64,000 bases of DNA from an uncultured Thermoleophilia bacterium (GCA_963725595.1 CAVRYT010000001.1:248032-312031), one strand, 5' to 3'; positions 9,847-20,571 are shown, numbered from the stretch's first letter. Made by a program: numbers and translations. The notes: generated from the sequence alone by a model not told the origin.

Positions 9847-10689
9847 ATGAGCGGGCGGCTGCCGGACGCGACCCGCATGGGCGAGGTGCACCTGACCGTC
9901 GCCGACCTTGCTCGGTCGCTCGAGTGGTATCGCGACGCGATCGGTCTGCGCGTCCGGACCGAGGAGGACGGAACGGCGCGGCTCGGCGCGGGCGGGGAGG
10001 ACCTGCTCGTCCTGCGCGAGGTGCCGGGCGCCCGCCCTGCGGACCGCCACACCGGGCTCTACCACTTCGCCCTGCTCCTCCCTTCACGGGCGGATCTCGC
10101 CCGGTGGCTCGAGCACGCCTCTCGCGACCGCGTGCCGCTGACGGGCCTGTCGGACCACTGGGTGAGCGAGGCGATCTACCTGAACGACCCCGACCATCAC
10201 GGCATCGAGATCTACGCCGACCGTCCCCGCGAGCTGTGGGAAGGACGCGTGGCCGAGGGGATGACGACGCTGCCCCTCGACACGATCGACCTTCTGGGAG
10301 CGCTCGACGATCCGGGGGCGGAGCCGTTCGCGGGGCTCCCGGAGGGGACGACGATGGGTCACGTCCACCTGCGGGTCGCCGACGTGGCCGACACGATCGC
10401 GTTCTACCGCGACGTGCTCGGTTTCGGCCTGACGGCCACGCTCGGCCCTCAGGCGGCGTTCCTCTCGGCGGGCGGCTACCACCACCACATCGGCGGCAAC
10501 ACGTGGGGCAGCGCCGGCGCCGTCCCGGCTCCGCCGGGATCGGCGACGCTCGAGCGGATGACCGTGGTCGTGCCCGACGCCGCGACGCTTGCCGACGTGG
10601 AGGAACGCGCCGGAGGGGAGCGCACGGCGGACGGGCTCGCGCTGCGCGACCCGTCGGGCAACCCGGTGCTCGTCGCTACGGCAGCGTGA
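9847..10689 (+). CDS. two-domain VOC family protein (CatE-type ring-cleavage dioxygenase-like)
   Basis: Tandem VOC modules: MGEVHLTVADL...HHGIEIY and MGHVHLRVADV...GYHHHIGGN. Confidence 0.75.
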   Translation: MSGRLPDATRMGEVHLTVADLARSLEWYRDAIGLRVRTEEDGTARLGAGGEDLLVLREVPGARPADRHTGLYHFALLLPSRADLARWLEHASRDRVPLTGLSDHWVSEAIYLNDPDHHGIEIYADRPRELWEGRVAEGMTTLPLDTIDLLGALDDPGAEPFAGLPEGTTMGHVHLRVADVADTIAFYRDVLGFGLTATLGPQAAFLSAGGYHHHIGGNTWGSAGAVPAPPGSATLERMTVVVPDAATLADVEERAGGERTADGLALRDPSGNPVLVATAA

Positions 10690-11443
10690 CGAACCCGCCC
10701 AGGAAGCTCCGCGCCGACGGCGTGTCGAGCCGGTAGTCGACATTCGTCGCGCGGCAGACCGTGTCGCCCGTGATCGTCGTGCCCGCCACGATGTCCGTCT
10801 CGCCGGGGCCGGCGCCGAGGAAGTTCGGCCCGCCCGAGTCGCCGTAGCAGGTGCCGCCGTCGGCGTGTGCCGGATTCATCGACGCGCGGATCCACGAGGG
10901 CGTGAGCGAGTTGACCGACCCGGTCGCGACGTAGCGCACGTCGGCGTAGCCGAAGGTGTGGCCGCCCTTCCCCTGTGCCTTCGACACCGACTGCGCGCCG
11001 TAGCCGACCGACGTGATGCCGTCGCCGTGTGCGAGGGAATCGAGCTGGCCAAGGGTCGGGAGCCGAGCCGGCGCGATCCCGGGCGCGGCGTCGAGGACGA
11101 CGACCGCGATGTCGTGCGGATCGCTCGCCGCCTTCCGGTACTGCGGGTCGCCGTACCAGGTCCCCCAGAAAGTCGTGCCCGGCGCGGTGTAGCTCGAGTC
11201 GAACGTGACCGCGACGCGCGAGACGCCCTCGTCGCAGTGCTCGGCCGTGAGGAAGACCTTCGGCGCGATCAGCGTGCCGGTGCATTCCTCCCACGTGCCG
11301 TCGGAGAAGGCCTGCTGCGCGAGCAGCGCGCCGACCTCCGGGTGGGCGGTCCCGTCAGGGCCGCCGCCGACGATCGCGAGCGACGAGCCGGCGGCGCCGA
11401 GCGCCACCACGGTTGCGAGCAGTGCGAGACAGGTGTTGCGCAT
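10676..11443 (-). CDS. secreted trypsin-like (S1) serine protease
   Basis: Signal peptide, an IVGG mature N-terminus, and catalytic contexts LTAEHC and GDSGGP. Confidence 0.85.
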   Translation of the reverse strand: MRNTCLALLATVVALGAAGSSLAIVGGGPDGTAHPEVGALLAQQAFSDGTWEECTGTLIAPKVFLTAEHCDEGVSRVAVTFDSSYTAPGTTFWGTWYGDPQYRKAASDPHDIAVVVLDAAPGIAPARLPTLGQLDSLAHGDGITSVGYGAQSVSKAQGKGGHTFGYADVRYVATGSVNSLTPSWIRASMNPAHADGGTCYGDSGGPNFLGAGPGETDIVAGTTITGDTVCRATNVDYRLDTPSARSFLGGFVTLP

Positions 11444-11501
11444 GGGACCTCCCCTTTCCCCGGCTGAACGGGCCGAGCATACCGTTAGGCTGTCGGCGCC
11501 G

Positions 11502-12323
11502 ATGGCGGCCGAGGAACAGCTCGCTCAGGACGAGAGCCCCCGCGATCTCAAGGGGGTCTACCGCTTCTACGAGCTCGCGAAGCGCGCCGAGTGGCAGGTG
11601 CGCGAGCTCCCGTGGGGCGAGCTGCCGCCGATTCCGGAGTACAGCGGCTCACCGCAGAAGCTCGCGCGCCGGCGCGACCTGTGGCGCTCGGTCGTCACGC
11701 AGCAACTGCAGGCGGACGAGCTCGCGGTGGAGATGGCGACCCAGCTCTTCGCGATCGCGCCGGATCACGAGGCGAAGCTCTACTACACGACGATGGTGCA
11801 GGACGAGTCGCGCCACACCGAGGCGTGGCTCAAGCTGATCCACGAGGCGGGCGGGATGGCAGAGCGCGACCCGTACCTCGACCGTCTTGCGCACATGACC
11901 CTCGATGCGGACACGCTCGAGGAGAAGGTCTTCCTGATGCAGGTCTTCTACGAGCGGCTGATCATCCCCCGCTTCCGGATGATCGCGCGCTCGTCGCGCG
12001 GGACCGTGCTCGAGGACCTCTGCAACCGGCTCGCGATCGACGACGGGATCCACCACGGTGCCGGCATGGCGTACGAGCGCGTCCTCCTCGAGGGTGCCGG
12101 GCGCCGGGTCCAGGTGCTGTTGGTCGAGGCGGCCAACCGGATGCTGCCGCTCTTTGCGCAACACGCGCTCTGGCGGCCCAAGGCGCGCGAGTTCATCGGC
12201 GCGCTGATGCGCGAGACGGATATCCGCATGCTGAAGGAGGACCTGCAGCACGGCGTCCGCCTCGCGAAGTCGCTGGGCGTCGACGTCAGTGGGATCGAGC
12301 TACCGGCCGACCTTCACCTCTAG
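11502..12323 (+). CDS. ferritin-like / di-iron-fold protein of unknown function
   Basis: Helical protein with paired carboxylate/His motifs: QADELAVE, VQDESRHTEAW, IDDGIHHGAG. Confidence 0.5.
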   Translation: MAAEEQLAQDESPRDLKGVYRFYELAKRAEWQVRELPWGELPPIPEYSGSPQKLARRRDLWRSVVTQQLQADELAVEMATQLFAIAPDHEAKLYYTTMVQDESRHTEAWLKLIHEAGGMAERDPYLDRLAHMTLDADTLEEKVFLMQVFYERLIIPRFRMIARSSRGTVLEDLCNRLAIDDGIHHGAGMAYERVLLEGAGRRVQVLLVEAANRMLPLFAQHALWRPKAREFIGALMRETDIRMLKEDLQHGVRLAKSLGVDVSGIELPADLHL

Positions 12324-12329
12324 GACTTC

Positions 12330-12494
12330 CTACTCCTGCGCGAGGATCAGGCGCCGGCCGACGACGTCCTCGACGCGGACCTCCTTCGACCCGAGGCGGA
12401 GCGTGTCGCCGGACGCGGGGCGCTCCTCGAGCTGGATCCTCCCCGTCGCGACCACGGCATCGCCTGAGCGCAGTTCGTATTCATAATCGGCCAC
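12330..12494 (-). CDS. small hypothetical protein (54 aa), not in the ORF track
   Basis: My own translation: VADYEYELRSGDAVVATGRIQLEERPASGDTLRLGSKEVRVEDVVGRRLILAQE*. G/C-rich third positions, GTG start, weak SD. Confidence 0.3.
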   Translation of the reverse strand: MADYEYELRSGDAVVATGRIQLEERPASGDTLRLGSKEVRVEDVVGRRLILAQE

Positions 12495-12549
12495 AGCAGG
12501 GATGCACTCCAGCTGCGGGAGCTTACCGTTCGTGCAGTACTCTCGCGGC

Positions 12550-12975
12550 GTGAGCGCCCCGGGCCTGCCGATCCGCGGAAGTTGTCTTTGCGGTTCGGTC
12601 CGGTACGAGGTTCGCGCACCGTTCGTGTCGGCGAGCTACTGCCATTGCACGCGCTGCCAGCGCCGCACCGGCACGGCCGCGGCAGCCTCCGCCCGTGTCG
12701 CGCCCGGCGCGCTGCGCGTCACCTCGGGCGAGGAGCTCATCGCCGAGTGGGCGCCGCCCGAGGGCTGGGCGAAGTGCTTCTGCTCGGGTTGCGGCGGTGC
12801 GCTCTGGAGTCGTCACCCCGACGACTCTTCCGTGGTCAGCGTCAGGCTCGGGACGGTCGAGGGCGATCCGGGCATCCGCCCGCAGTACCGCCAGTTCGTC
12901 GCGTACGCGGCGTCCTGGGAGCCGATCCCGGAGGACGGCCTGCCGCGGTACGCCGAGGGCCGTCCCGCCTCGTAG
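12550..12975 (+). CDS. GFA/CENP-V family Cys-rich zinc protein
   Basis: GSCLCGSVRYEV, YCHCTRCQRRTG, CFCSGCGGALW. GTG 12550 is preferred over the ORF-track start at 12502. Confidence 0.75.
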   Translation: MSAPGLPIRGSCLCGSVRYEVRAPFVSASYCHCTRCQRRTGTAAAASARVAPGALRVTSGEELIAEWAPPEGWAKCFCSGCGGALWSRHPDDSSVVSVRLGTVEGDPGIRPQYRQFVAYAASWEPIPEDGLPRYAEGRPAS

Positions 12976-13008
12976 AGGCAGCACGACCCTCGGCGGGGGG
13001 CGGAGCGT

Positions 13009-13491
13009 TCAGGCGGTTGCTGCGGCGTGCTCGTCGACCCACGTCTGGGTGCCGGGCTCGACGCCGCGGGCGATCAGCACCGGGCACGGCGCATCATGGA
13101 GGACGCCCTGCGAGACGCTGCCGAAGACGAACCGGCGGAGCGCTCCCCAGCCGTGCGCGCCCATCACGATCATCGACACGCCACGGGTCGCGGCGATCCT
13201 GCAGATCTCCTCGACGACTGGCCCCTCGAGCGGGAGCGTTTCGCACTCGACGCCTTCCGCGGCGGCGGTCGCCGCCAGCTCCTCGAGCACCTTCTCGACG
13301 TGCTCGCGCTCCGACTTGCGGAGCTCTGAGTACACGTCGGCGTAGCCGTAGTACCCGTAGGACGGGACGCTCACGTGCTCGACGCACACCGCGAGGAGCG
13401 GTGCGCCGAGGCTGAGCGCCAGTTCGATCGCCTCGCGCGTCGCCTCCGCCGAAGCGGGGGAGCCGTCCGTTGCCAGCATGATCGGCTTCAT
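13009..13491 (-). CDS. universal stress protein (UspA family)
   Basis: MKPIMLATDGSPASAEA..., MIVMGAHGWG, FGSVSQGVLHDAPCPVLI. Confidence 0.85.
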   Translation of the reverse strand: MKPIMLATDGSPASAEATREAIELALSLGAPLLAVCVEHVSVPSYGYYGYADVYSELRKSEREHVEKVLEELAATAAAEGVECETLPLEGPVVEEICRIAATRGVSMIVMGAHGWGALRRFVFGSVSQGVLHDAPCPVLIARGVEPGTQTWVDEHAAATA

Positions 13492-13614
13492 GTCCTTCTC
13501 CTTTCCACGGTGTCACTGTCGCCGTGGACCGGCTCGGGCGGATCGGGGCGGTGACCGATCGACCTGCGGAAAACCCCTGATTCGGGTTCGCCGGGTGGAG
13601 GCAACCATCCTGGC

Positions 13615-16248
13615 ATGGCCCTCCCGGTGCGCGAGACCGTCACGACGACGGCGGAAGACGTCGTCCTTCGCGACGGCTCGACTCTGCGCCTGCGCTCCAC
13701 GGCACCCACCGACGGCCCCGCGCTCGTCGCCTTCTTCGACCGCCTCTCGCCCGAGAGCCGCTACCTCCGCTTCCAGGGGGCCGGGGTCGTCGACCTGCGG
13801 ACGGTCGAGCCGTTCGTGCATACCGATTGGCGCGAGAGCGTGTCGCTCGTCGGCGAGCTCGAGGGCGATGTCGTCGCGCTCGGCACGTTCATCCGCCTGC
13901 GCGACCCGCGCCGGGCGGAGGTCGCGTTCGCGGTCGCGGACGGGCTCCAGGGCCGCGGCATCGCGACCCGGCTGCTCGAGCGGCTCGCGCTGCATGCGGC
14001 GGGTGTCGGGATCGAGGAGTTCGTCGCGCAGGTGCTGCCGCAGAACGGCCACATGCTCAACGTGTTCTCCGACGCGGGCTTCGGCATCTCGCGCAAGCTC
14101 GAGGAAGGTGTCGTCGAGGTGCGGCTCGCGATCTCCGCCACGGAGGCCTACCGCCTCCGGCTGGACGAACGCGACCACGTCGCGGTCGCCGCGTCGGTGC
14201 GGTCCTTCTTCACGCCCGAGACGGTTGCGGTGATCGGCGCGTCGGCACGACGCGGCACGATCGGCGGCGAGCTCTTCCGCAACATCCTCAGCGGCGACTT
14301 CACCGGGGCCGCCTATCCGGTCAACGCGCGCGGCGAGCCGGTGGGAGGCGTCCCCGCCTACTCGTCGATCGAGGACATCCCCGCCGAGATCGACCTCGCT
14401 GTGATCTGTGTCCCCGGTGCGGCCGTGCTCGACGCCGCCGAGTCCGCACTGCGCAAGGGGGTGAGGGCTCTCTGCGTGATCTCGGCGGGCTTCGCCGAGG
14501 TCGGACGCGAGGGGGCGCGCCGGCAGGACGAGCTGCTCGCACTCGTGCGCTCCCACGGCGCGCGCCTGATCGGCCCGAACTGCCTCGGCATCGCTGCCTC
14601 AGGCGTCAGGCTGAACGCGACCTTCGCCGGTCGCCAGTTCCCGCCCGGCCGGGCTGCCTTCTCGTCGCAGAGCGGCGCGCTCGGGATCGCGCTGCTCGAG
14701 CAGGCGGAGCAGCGCGGCCTCGGGCTCTCGTCGTTCGTGTCGATCGGGAACAAGGCCGACGTCTCCTCGAACGACCTCCTCGAGTACTGGGAGGACGACC
14801 CGGAGACCGACCTCGTGCTGCTCTACCTCGAATCGTTCGGCAACCCCCACAAGTTCGCTCGAATCGCCCGCCGCGTCGCGCGCTCGAAGCCGATCCTCGC
14901 GATGCGAAGCGGCACCAGCTCGCGAGGCGCCCGGGCGGCGAGCTCGCATACGGCCGCGCTCGCCGGCTCGGACGCCGCCGTCGAGGCGCTGTTCCGTCAG
15001 ACGGGCGTGCTGCGCGCCTCGACGCTCGAGGAGCTGATCGACACCGCGGTGCTCCTCTCCTCGCAACCGCTCCCGCTCGGCAACCGCGTCGCGGTGATGA
15101 CGAACGCGGGCGGCATGGGGATCCTCGCCGCAGACGCGTGCGACCAGACCGGGCTCGTGCTCCCCGACCTCGCCGACGAGACTCGCGCCAAGCTCGCAGA
15201 GTTCCTGCCGCGGGAGGCGTCGACGGCGAACCCGGTCGACCTGCTCGGCTCGGCGGTCGGTGAGACCTATGCGCGCGCGCTCCCGATCCTGCTCGACGAT
15301 CCGGGTGTGGACGCCGTGATGGCGATGTTCGTGCTGACGATCGTGGCCGAGACCGACGACGTCGTCGCAGCGATCGAGCACGCCGCCGCAGGCGCCGACA
15401 AGCCGGTTGTCCCCGTGATCATGAGCGCCGAAGGGGCGCCGCGCGGCAGCTTCGCCTATCCCGAGTCGGCCGCGCGCGCTCTCGGGCTCGCCGCCCGGCG
15501 AGCCGCCTGGCTCCGCCGCCCGGCCGGCGTCGTGCCGACGATCCACGACGTCGATCCGGCCGCCGCGCGCGACCTGATCGAGGCGGGGCTCGAAGGGTCA
15601 AGCGACGTCTGGCTCGATCCGGCGAGCACGCGTCGCCTGCTCGAGCTGTACGGCCTCCCTGTCGTGCCCGAGCGCATCGCCGTCACCCCCGAGGACGCGG
15701 TCGCTGCTGCGGTCGAGCTCGGCCTGCCCGCCGTCGTGAAGACAGCGGCGTCGGGTGTCCACAAGACCGAATCCGGCGGAGTCGCCCTCGACCTCCGGGC
15801 CCCGGAGGACGTACGCGCGGCAGCCGAGCGGATCGGCTGCCCGGTGCTCGTCCAGCCGTTCCTGACAGGCTCGGTCGAGCTGCTCGCCGGCGTCGTCCAG
15901 GACCCGCTGTTCGGACCCCTCGTCGCGTTCGGGCCGGGCGGGACGATGGCGGAGCTGATCGGCGACGCACGCTTCGCGCTCGCGCCGCTGACCGACGTGG
16001 ACGTCGAGCTCGCGCTGACCGGGGGCAAGGCCGGCAAGCTGGTCGCGGGCTGGCGTGGCGCTCCGTCGGCCGACCGGAAGGCGCTCGCGAGCCTCCTGCA
16101 CCGGCTTTCGCAGCTCGCCGTCGACCACCCCGAGGTGGCCGAGCTCGATCTCAACCCGATCCTCGCCCGCCCCGACGGCTGCATCGCCGTCGACGCGCGG
16201 GTACGGTTGCGGCGGGTGGAGCGGGCAACGAGCACCAAGACCTGGTGA
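13615..16248 (+). CDS. Pat-like protein acetyltransferase: N-terminal GNAT fused to ADP-forming acyl-CoA synthetase-like domains
   Basis: GNAT core ([21 protein letters not shown]). CoA-binding domain ([34 protein letters not shown]). C-terminal ATP-grasp-like part. The stop overlaps the xfp start (GTGA). Confidence 0.8.
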   Translation: MALPVRETVTTTAEDVVLRDGSTLRLRSTAPTDGPALVAFFDRLSPESRYLRFQGAGVVDLRTVEPFVHTDWRESVSLVGELEGDVVALGTFIRLRDPRRAEVAFAVADGLQGRGIATRLLERLALHAAGVGIEEFVAQVLPQNGHMLNVFSDAGFGISRKLEEGVVEVRLAISATEAYRLRLDERDHVAVAASVRSFFTPETVAVIGASARRGTIGGELFRNILSGDFTGAAYPVNARGEPVGGVPAYSSIEDIPAEIDLAVICVPGAAVLDAAESALRKGVRALCVISAGFAEVGREGARRQDELLALVRSHGARLIGPNCLGIAASGVRLNATFAGRQFPPGRAAFSSQSGALGIALLEQAEQRGLGLSSFVSIGNKADVSSNDLLEYWEDDPETDLVLLYLESFGNPHKFARIARRVARSKPILAMRSGTSSRGARAASSHTAALAGSDAAVEALFRQTGVLRASTLEELIDTAVLLSSQPLPLGNRVAVMTNAGGMGILAADACDQTGLVLPDLADETRAKLAEFLPREASTANPVDLLGSAVGETYARALPILLDDPGVDAVMAMFVLTIVAETDDVVAAIEHAAAGADKPVVPVIMSAEGAPRGSFAYPESAARALGLAARRAAWLRRPAGVVPTIHDVDPAAARDLIEAGLEGSSDVWLDPASTRRLLELYGLPVVPERIAVTPEDAVAAAVELGLPAVVKTAASGVHKTESGGVALDLRAPEDVRAAAERIGCPVLVQPFLTGSVELLAGVVQDPLFGPLVAFGPGGTMAELIGDARFALAPLTDVDVELALTGGKAGKLVAGWRGAPSADRKALASLLHRLSQLAVDHPEVAELDLNPILARPDGCIAVDARVRLRRVERATSTKTW

Positions 16249-18596
16249 AGGCGTCGGACCACGAGCTCGAGCTGCTCGACGCGTACTGGCGCGCGGCGAA
16301 CTACGTGTCCGTGGGGCAGATCTACCTGCTCGACAACCCGCTCCTGCGCGAGCCGATCGCGCCCGAGCACGTGAAGCCGCGCCTGCTCGGCCACTGGGGC
16401 ACGACGCCGGGCCTGAACCTGCTCTACGTCCACCTGAACCGGGCGATCCGCGAGCGCGACCTGAACGTCGTCTATGTGACGGGGCCGGGCCACGGCGGGC
16501 CGGGCCTCGTCGCCAACACGTACCTGGAGGGCACCTACAGCGAGGTCTATCCGGCGATCGGGCAGGACGAGGAGGGCATGCGCCGTCTCTTCCGCCAGTT
16601 CTCGTTCCCGGGCGGCATTCCCAGCCACGTGGCGCCCGAGACCCCGGGCTCGATCCACGAAGGTGGCGAGCTCGGCTACGCCCTCTCGCACGCGTTCGGT
16701 GCCGTGTTCGACAACCCCGACCTCCTCGTCGCCTGCGTCGTAGGCGACGGCGAGGCCGAGACCGGTCCGCTCGCTACGAGCTGGCACTCGAACAAGTTCC
16801 TCGATCCGGCGACGGACGGCGCGGTGCTGCCGATCCTGCACCTGAACGGCTACAAGATCGCCAACCCGACGGTGCTCGCCCGCATCCCGCACGCCGAGCT
16901 CGAATCCCTGATGCGCGGCTACGGCTGGGAGCCGCACCTGGTCGCGGGCGACCAACCGATGCAGGTGCACGCCGACCTCGCGGGAACGCTCGACGTCATG
17001 CTCGACCGGATCGCGGAGATCCAGCGCGTCGCGCGCGAGGACGGCGACACCCGCCGCCCCGCGTGGCCGATGCTGATCCTGCGCACGCCCAAGGGCTGGA
17101 CCGGGCCGGCCGTGGTCGACGGGCTGCAGGTCGAGGGCACCTGGCGGGCGCACCAGGTGCCGATCTCGGAGGCGCGTGACGACGACGGCCACCGGCATCA
17201 GCTCGAGGAGTGGATGCGGAGCTACCGCCCGGAAGAGCTGTTCGACGACCACGGCAGCCTGATCCCCGAGCTGAGGGCGCTCGCGCCGGAGGGCGACCGC
17301 CGGATGGGCGCGAACCCGCACGCGAACGGCGGCCTTCTCCTCCGCGCGCTCGAGCTGCCGGACTTCCGCGACTACGCGGTCCCCGTCGAGCGGCCGGGAA
17401 CCTCGCTCAGCGAGGCGACCCGTGTGCTCGGGACGTTCCTGCGCGACGTCGTCGTCCGCAACGAGCGCAACTTCCGCATCTTCGGACCGGACGAGACCGC
17501 GTCGAACCGTCTCGGGGCGGTGCTCGAGCGGACCGACAAGCAATGGGACGCCGAGGTGCTGCCCGTCGACGAAAAGCTGGCTCCGAGCGGACGCGTGATG
17601 GAGGTGCTCTCCGAGCACCAGTGCGAGGGCTGGCTCGAGGGCTACCTGTTGACCGGCAGGCACGGCCTCTTCGACTGCTACGAGGCGTTCATCCACATCG
17701 TCGACTCGATGTTCAACCAGCACGCGAAGTGGCTGAAGGTGACGCGGAACATCCCGTGGCGGCGGCCGATCGCCTCGCTCAACTACCTGCTCAGCTCGCA
17801 CGTCTGGCGCCAGGACCACAACGGTTTCTCGCACCAGGACCCGGGCTTCATCGACCACGTCGTGAACAAGAAGGCGGAGATCATCCGCGTGTACCTGCCG
17901 CCGGACGCGAACTGCCTGCTCTCGGTCGCCGACCACTGCCTGCGCGTCGCGCCACTACGTGAACGTGATCGTCGCGGGCAAGCAGCCCGCGCTCGACTAC
18001 CTCTCGATCGAGGACGCGATCGTCCACTGCACGCGCGGCATCGGCATCTGGGAGTTCGCCTCGAACGACGAGGGCGGCGAGCCGGACGTCGTGCTCGGCT
18101 GCGCGGGCGACATCCCGACGCTCGAGGCGGTGGCCGCGGCGGCGATCCTGCGCGAGCGGCTGCCGGAGCTGAAGGTGCGGGTCGTGAACGTCGTCGACCT
18201 GATGCGCCTGCAGCCCGAGAGCGAGCATCCGCACGGGCTGCCGGACGGCGAGTTCGACGCGCTCTTCACCACCGACCGGCCGGTGATCTTCGCCTACCAC
18301 GGCTACCCGTGGCTGATCCACCGCCTGACCTACCGCCGCACGAACCACGCGAACCTGCACGTGCGCGGCTACAAGGAGGAGGGCACGACGACGACGCCCT
18401 TCGACATGGTGATGCTGAACGACCTCGACCGCTTCCACCTCGCGATGGACGTGATCGACCGCGTGCCCGGGCCTCGCCACGACGGCGGCGCACCTGCGCC
18501 AGGAGCTGGCCGACACACGGCTGCGGGCACGCGCGTACACCCGCGAGCACGGGGAGGACGACCCCGTCGTCTCCGGCGTTCACGTGGCCCTTCTGA
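16245..18596 (+). pseudogene. xfp: xylulose-5-P/fructose-6-P phosphoketolase, three frameshifts in the 3' third (pseudogene or assembly indels)
   Basis: N-terminal 567 aa intact ([30 protein letters not shown]). Homology then continues in other frames after about 17946, 18472 and 18578. Original frame restored for the stop at 18594-18596. Confidence 0.85.
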
Positions 18597-19516
18597 CGCT
18601 CGTCGTCAACGCGGGCTCGACCAGCCTGAAGCTGTCGCTCGTCGACGGGGACGAGACGCATCCGCGTCGAGTCGTTCGACGTCGCGGCCGACCTCGCCGC
18701 GCATCGCATCGTCCACGGGGGCGAGCGCTTCCGCGAGCCGGTCGTGATCGACGACGAGGTGATGGCCGAGCTCGAGGCTCTGGTCGAGCTCGCGCCGCTG
18801 CACAGGCGCCGGCGCTCGACGCTCTCGCGGACGCGAGGCGCGCCCTCCCCGACGTGCCGCACGTCGCCGTCTTCGACACTGCGTTCCACGCGACGCTCCA
18901 CCTGTCGCCTGGACGTACGCGGTGCCCGGCCGGCTCGGCATCCGCCGCTACGGCTTCCACGGGCTCGCGGTGCAGTCGGTCTCCGAGCAGGTGCGGGTAC
19001 GCCGGCTCGTCGTCTGTCACCTCGGCGGCGGCTGCTCGGTCACCGGCGTGCTCGACGGCCGCTCGGTCGAGACGTCGATGGGCTTCACCCCGCTCGAGGG
19101 GGTGCCGATGGCGACGCGCTCGGGCTCGGTCGATCCCGGCGCCGTGCTGCACCTCGCGCGGCGGCTCGGCGTCGACGAGCTGATGCGCGTCCTCGAAGCA
19201 GGAGTCCGGGATTGACCGCGCTCTCCGGGCTCTCGGGCGACGTGCGCGAGCTCGAGCAGGACCCGCGCGGCGCGTTCGCACTCGACGTGCTCTCCTACCG
19301 GGTCGCCCAGGCCGTGGCCGCCTGCGCGTCGCGCTCGGCGGCATCGACGTCCTCGCCTTCAGCGGCGGGATCGGCGAGCACTCCGCCAGGGTGCGGGACG
19401 GTGTCGTCGGCAGGCTCGCGTTCCTCGGCGCGCTCGACGTCCGCGTCGTGACGGCGCAGGAGGACATCGTCGCCGCGCGGGCCGCACAGGCGGTGGTCGC
19501 CCGCACCGCGCGTTAG
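18584..19516 (+). pseudogene. ackA: acetate kinase, five frame switches (pseudogene or assembly indels)
   Basis: AckA motifs are scattered over all three forward frames: [72 protein letters not shown]. Confidence 0.8.
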
Positions 19517-19628
19517 GGGTAGGTCGCTTGCGGCTTCATGTCGATGCTGGGTGTGCCGCTGTATTCGGTCTGGATCAGACCGACCGTTGAACGCTCCGGT
19601 GCTTAGCGGCCTCCACGGAGGCGCGAGG

Positions 19629-19967
19629 CTAGTCCGCGAACGGTCGCAACTCGAGAATCCCGAACGATGCGCCAGGGTTTCTCGAGGCGACTTCGAGCGC
19701 TTCCTCGAGATCCGCACATTCGAGAATGCTGAAACCAGCGATCTGGACGGGCGTCTCCACCACAGGCCCGTCACTCGCCAGCAGTTCTCCGTTGCGAATC
19801 CTGACGGTCTTCGTGTCGCCGACCGAGCCGAGGACATGCCCCTGAAGCCGCACACCGCGGTCATCCATTTCGGTACACCAGGACTCGACGGCAGCGGGAA
19901 TCGACGCTCTTTGATCTGCGTCGAGCTCGACAGTTGGATCCCGATAGGTGAACAGCATGTATTTCAT
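19629..19967 (-). CDS. YCII-related domain protein
   Basis: MKYMLFTYRD..., SDGPVVETPVQIAGFSILECADLEEALE. ATG 19967 has a GAAGGAG SD. Confidence 0.75.
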   Translation of the reverse strand: MKYMLFTYRDPTVELDADQRASIPAAVESWCTEMDDRGVRLQGHVLGSVGDTKTVRIRNGELLASDGPVVETPVQIAGFSILECADLEEALEVASRNPGASFGILELRPFAD

Positions 19968-20049
19968 GGCCCGCTCCTTCGGTGAGATCGTGTGTCCGGA
20001 CGTTAGACGGTCTGGTGGGCTCGAACTCGCACCCTGGAGTCGGGTGAGC

Positions 20050-20075
20050 GAAGAGGCCGCTCGCGCGGCCTCTTC
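20050..20075 (-). terminator. GC-rich hairpin between two minus-strand genes (no U-tract)
   Basis: GAAGAGGCCGC-TCGC-GCGGCCTCTTC, an 11-bp perfect stem. Confidence 0.3.
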
Positions 20076-20106
20076 GGTTCTGGCGATGGTCGATACGGCC
20101 GAGCGA

Positions 20107-20571
20107 TTACTCGATCGGGATCTCGAAGCGGGCGATGATGCCGGGGTCGCCGCCTCTCGCGAGTAGCTCGGGATCGGGATCGCGAGTCGCCACCCATGCA
20201 TAGCCGTGCTCCGGGTAGGCGACGACGTCCGGGAAGCTCCCGGCACTGATCGCGAGGATCTGAGCGGCGTCTTCGGAGGGGTTGCTGAACGTATGCAGTC
20301 CGGCACGTCCCTCGGGGCAGAAGACGAAGTCGCCCGGAGCCAACTCCTCTTTGCCGTGTTGGTTCCGAAAGACGGGACGACCGCTCAGGACGAAGAACAT
20401 CTCTTCGGCTCCGAAGTGCATATGCATCCGCGTCTCAGGCGCGTCGGGGGCCAGTTCGTACAGCGTTGCTCCCATCCTGGCGTCGTCCGGCCGCCAGAAG
20501 ATTTGCTGCCGGGTCCCGGCTTCGTCGTTTTCTCCGTCCCATGCGTCGGAGAAGAGATTCTGACGATTCAC
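20107..20571 (-). CDS. cupin domain protein
   Basis: GTG 20571 is preceded by GGAGG. Cupin motifs: MHMHFGAEEMFFVLSG, GDFVFCPEG. Confidence 0.7.
   Translation of the reverse strand: MNRQNLFSDAWDGENDEAGTRQQIFWRPDDARMGATLYELAPDAPETRMHMHFGAEEMFFVLSGRPVFRNQHGKEELAPGDFVFCPEGRAGLHTFSNPSEDAAQILAISAGSFPDVVAYPEHGYAWVATRDPDPELLARGGDPGIIARFEIPIE

Noticed and set aside
12347-12619. ORF 12347..12619(-), 90 aa.
   Set aside because: It is Ser/Arg-rich with no motifs and overlaps the GFA gene start. The alternative 54-codon frame in the same gap has much better coding character.
19990-20035. tRNA-like T-loop motif (minus strand ..GGGTGCGAGTTCGAGCCCACCAGACC..), which could have marked a tRNA gene or an integration att site at the islet edge.
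   Set aside because: The bases flanking GTTCGAGCC do not form a T-stem, and no acceptor, anticodon or D arms can be drawn. I treat it as chance.
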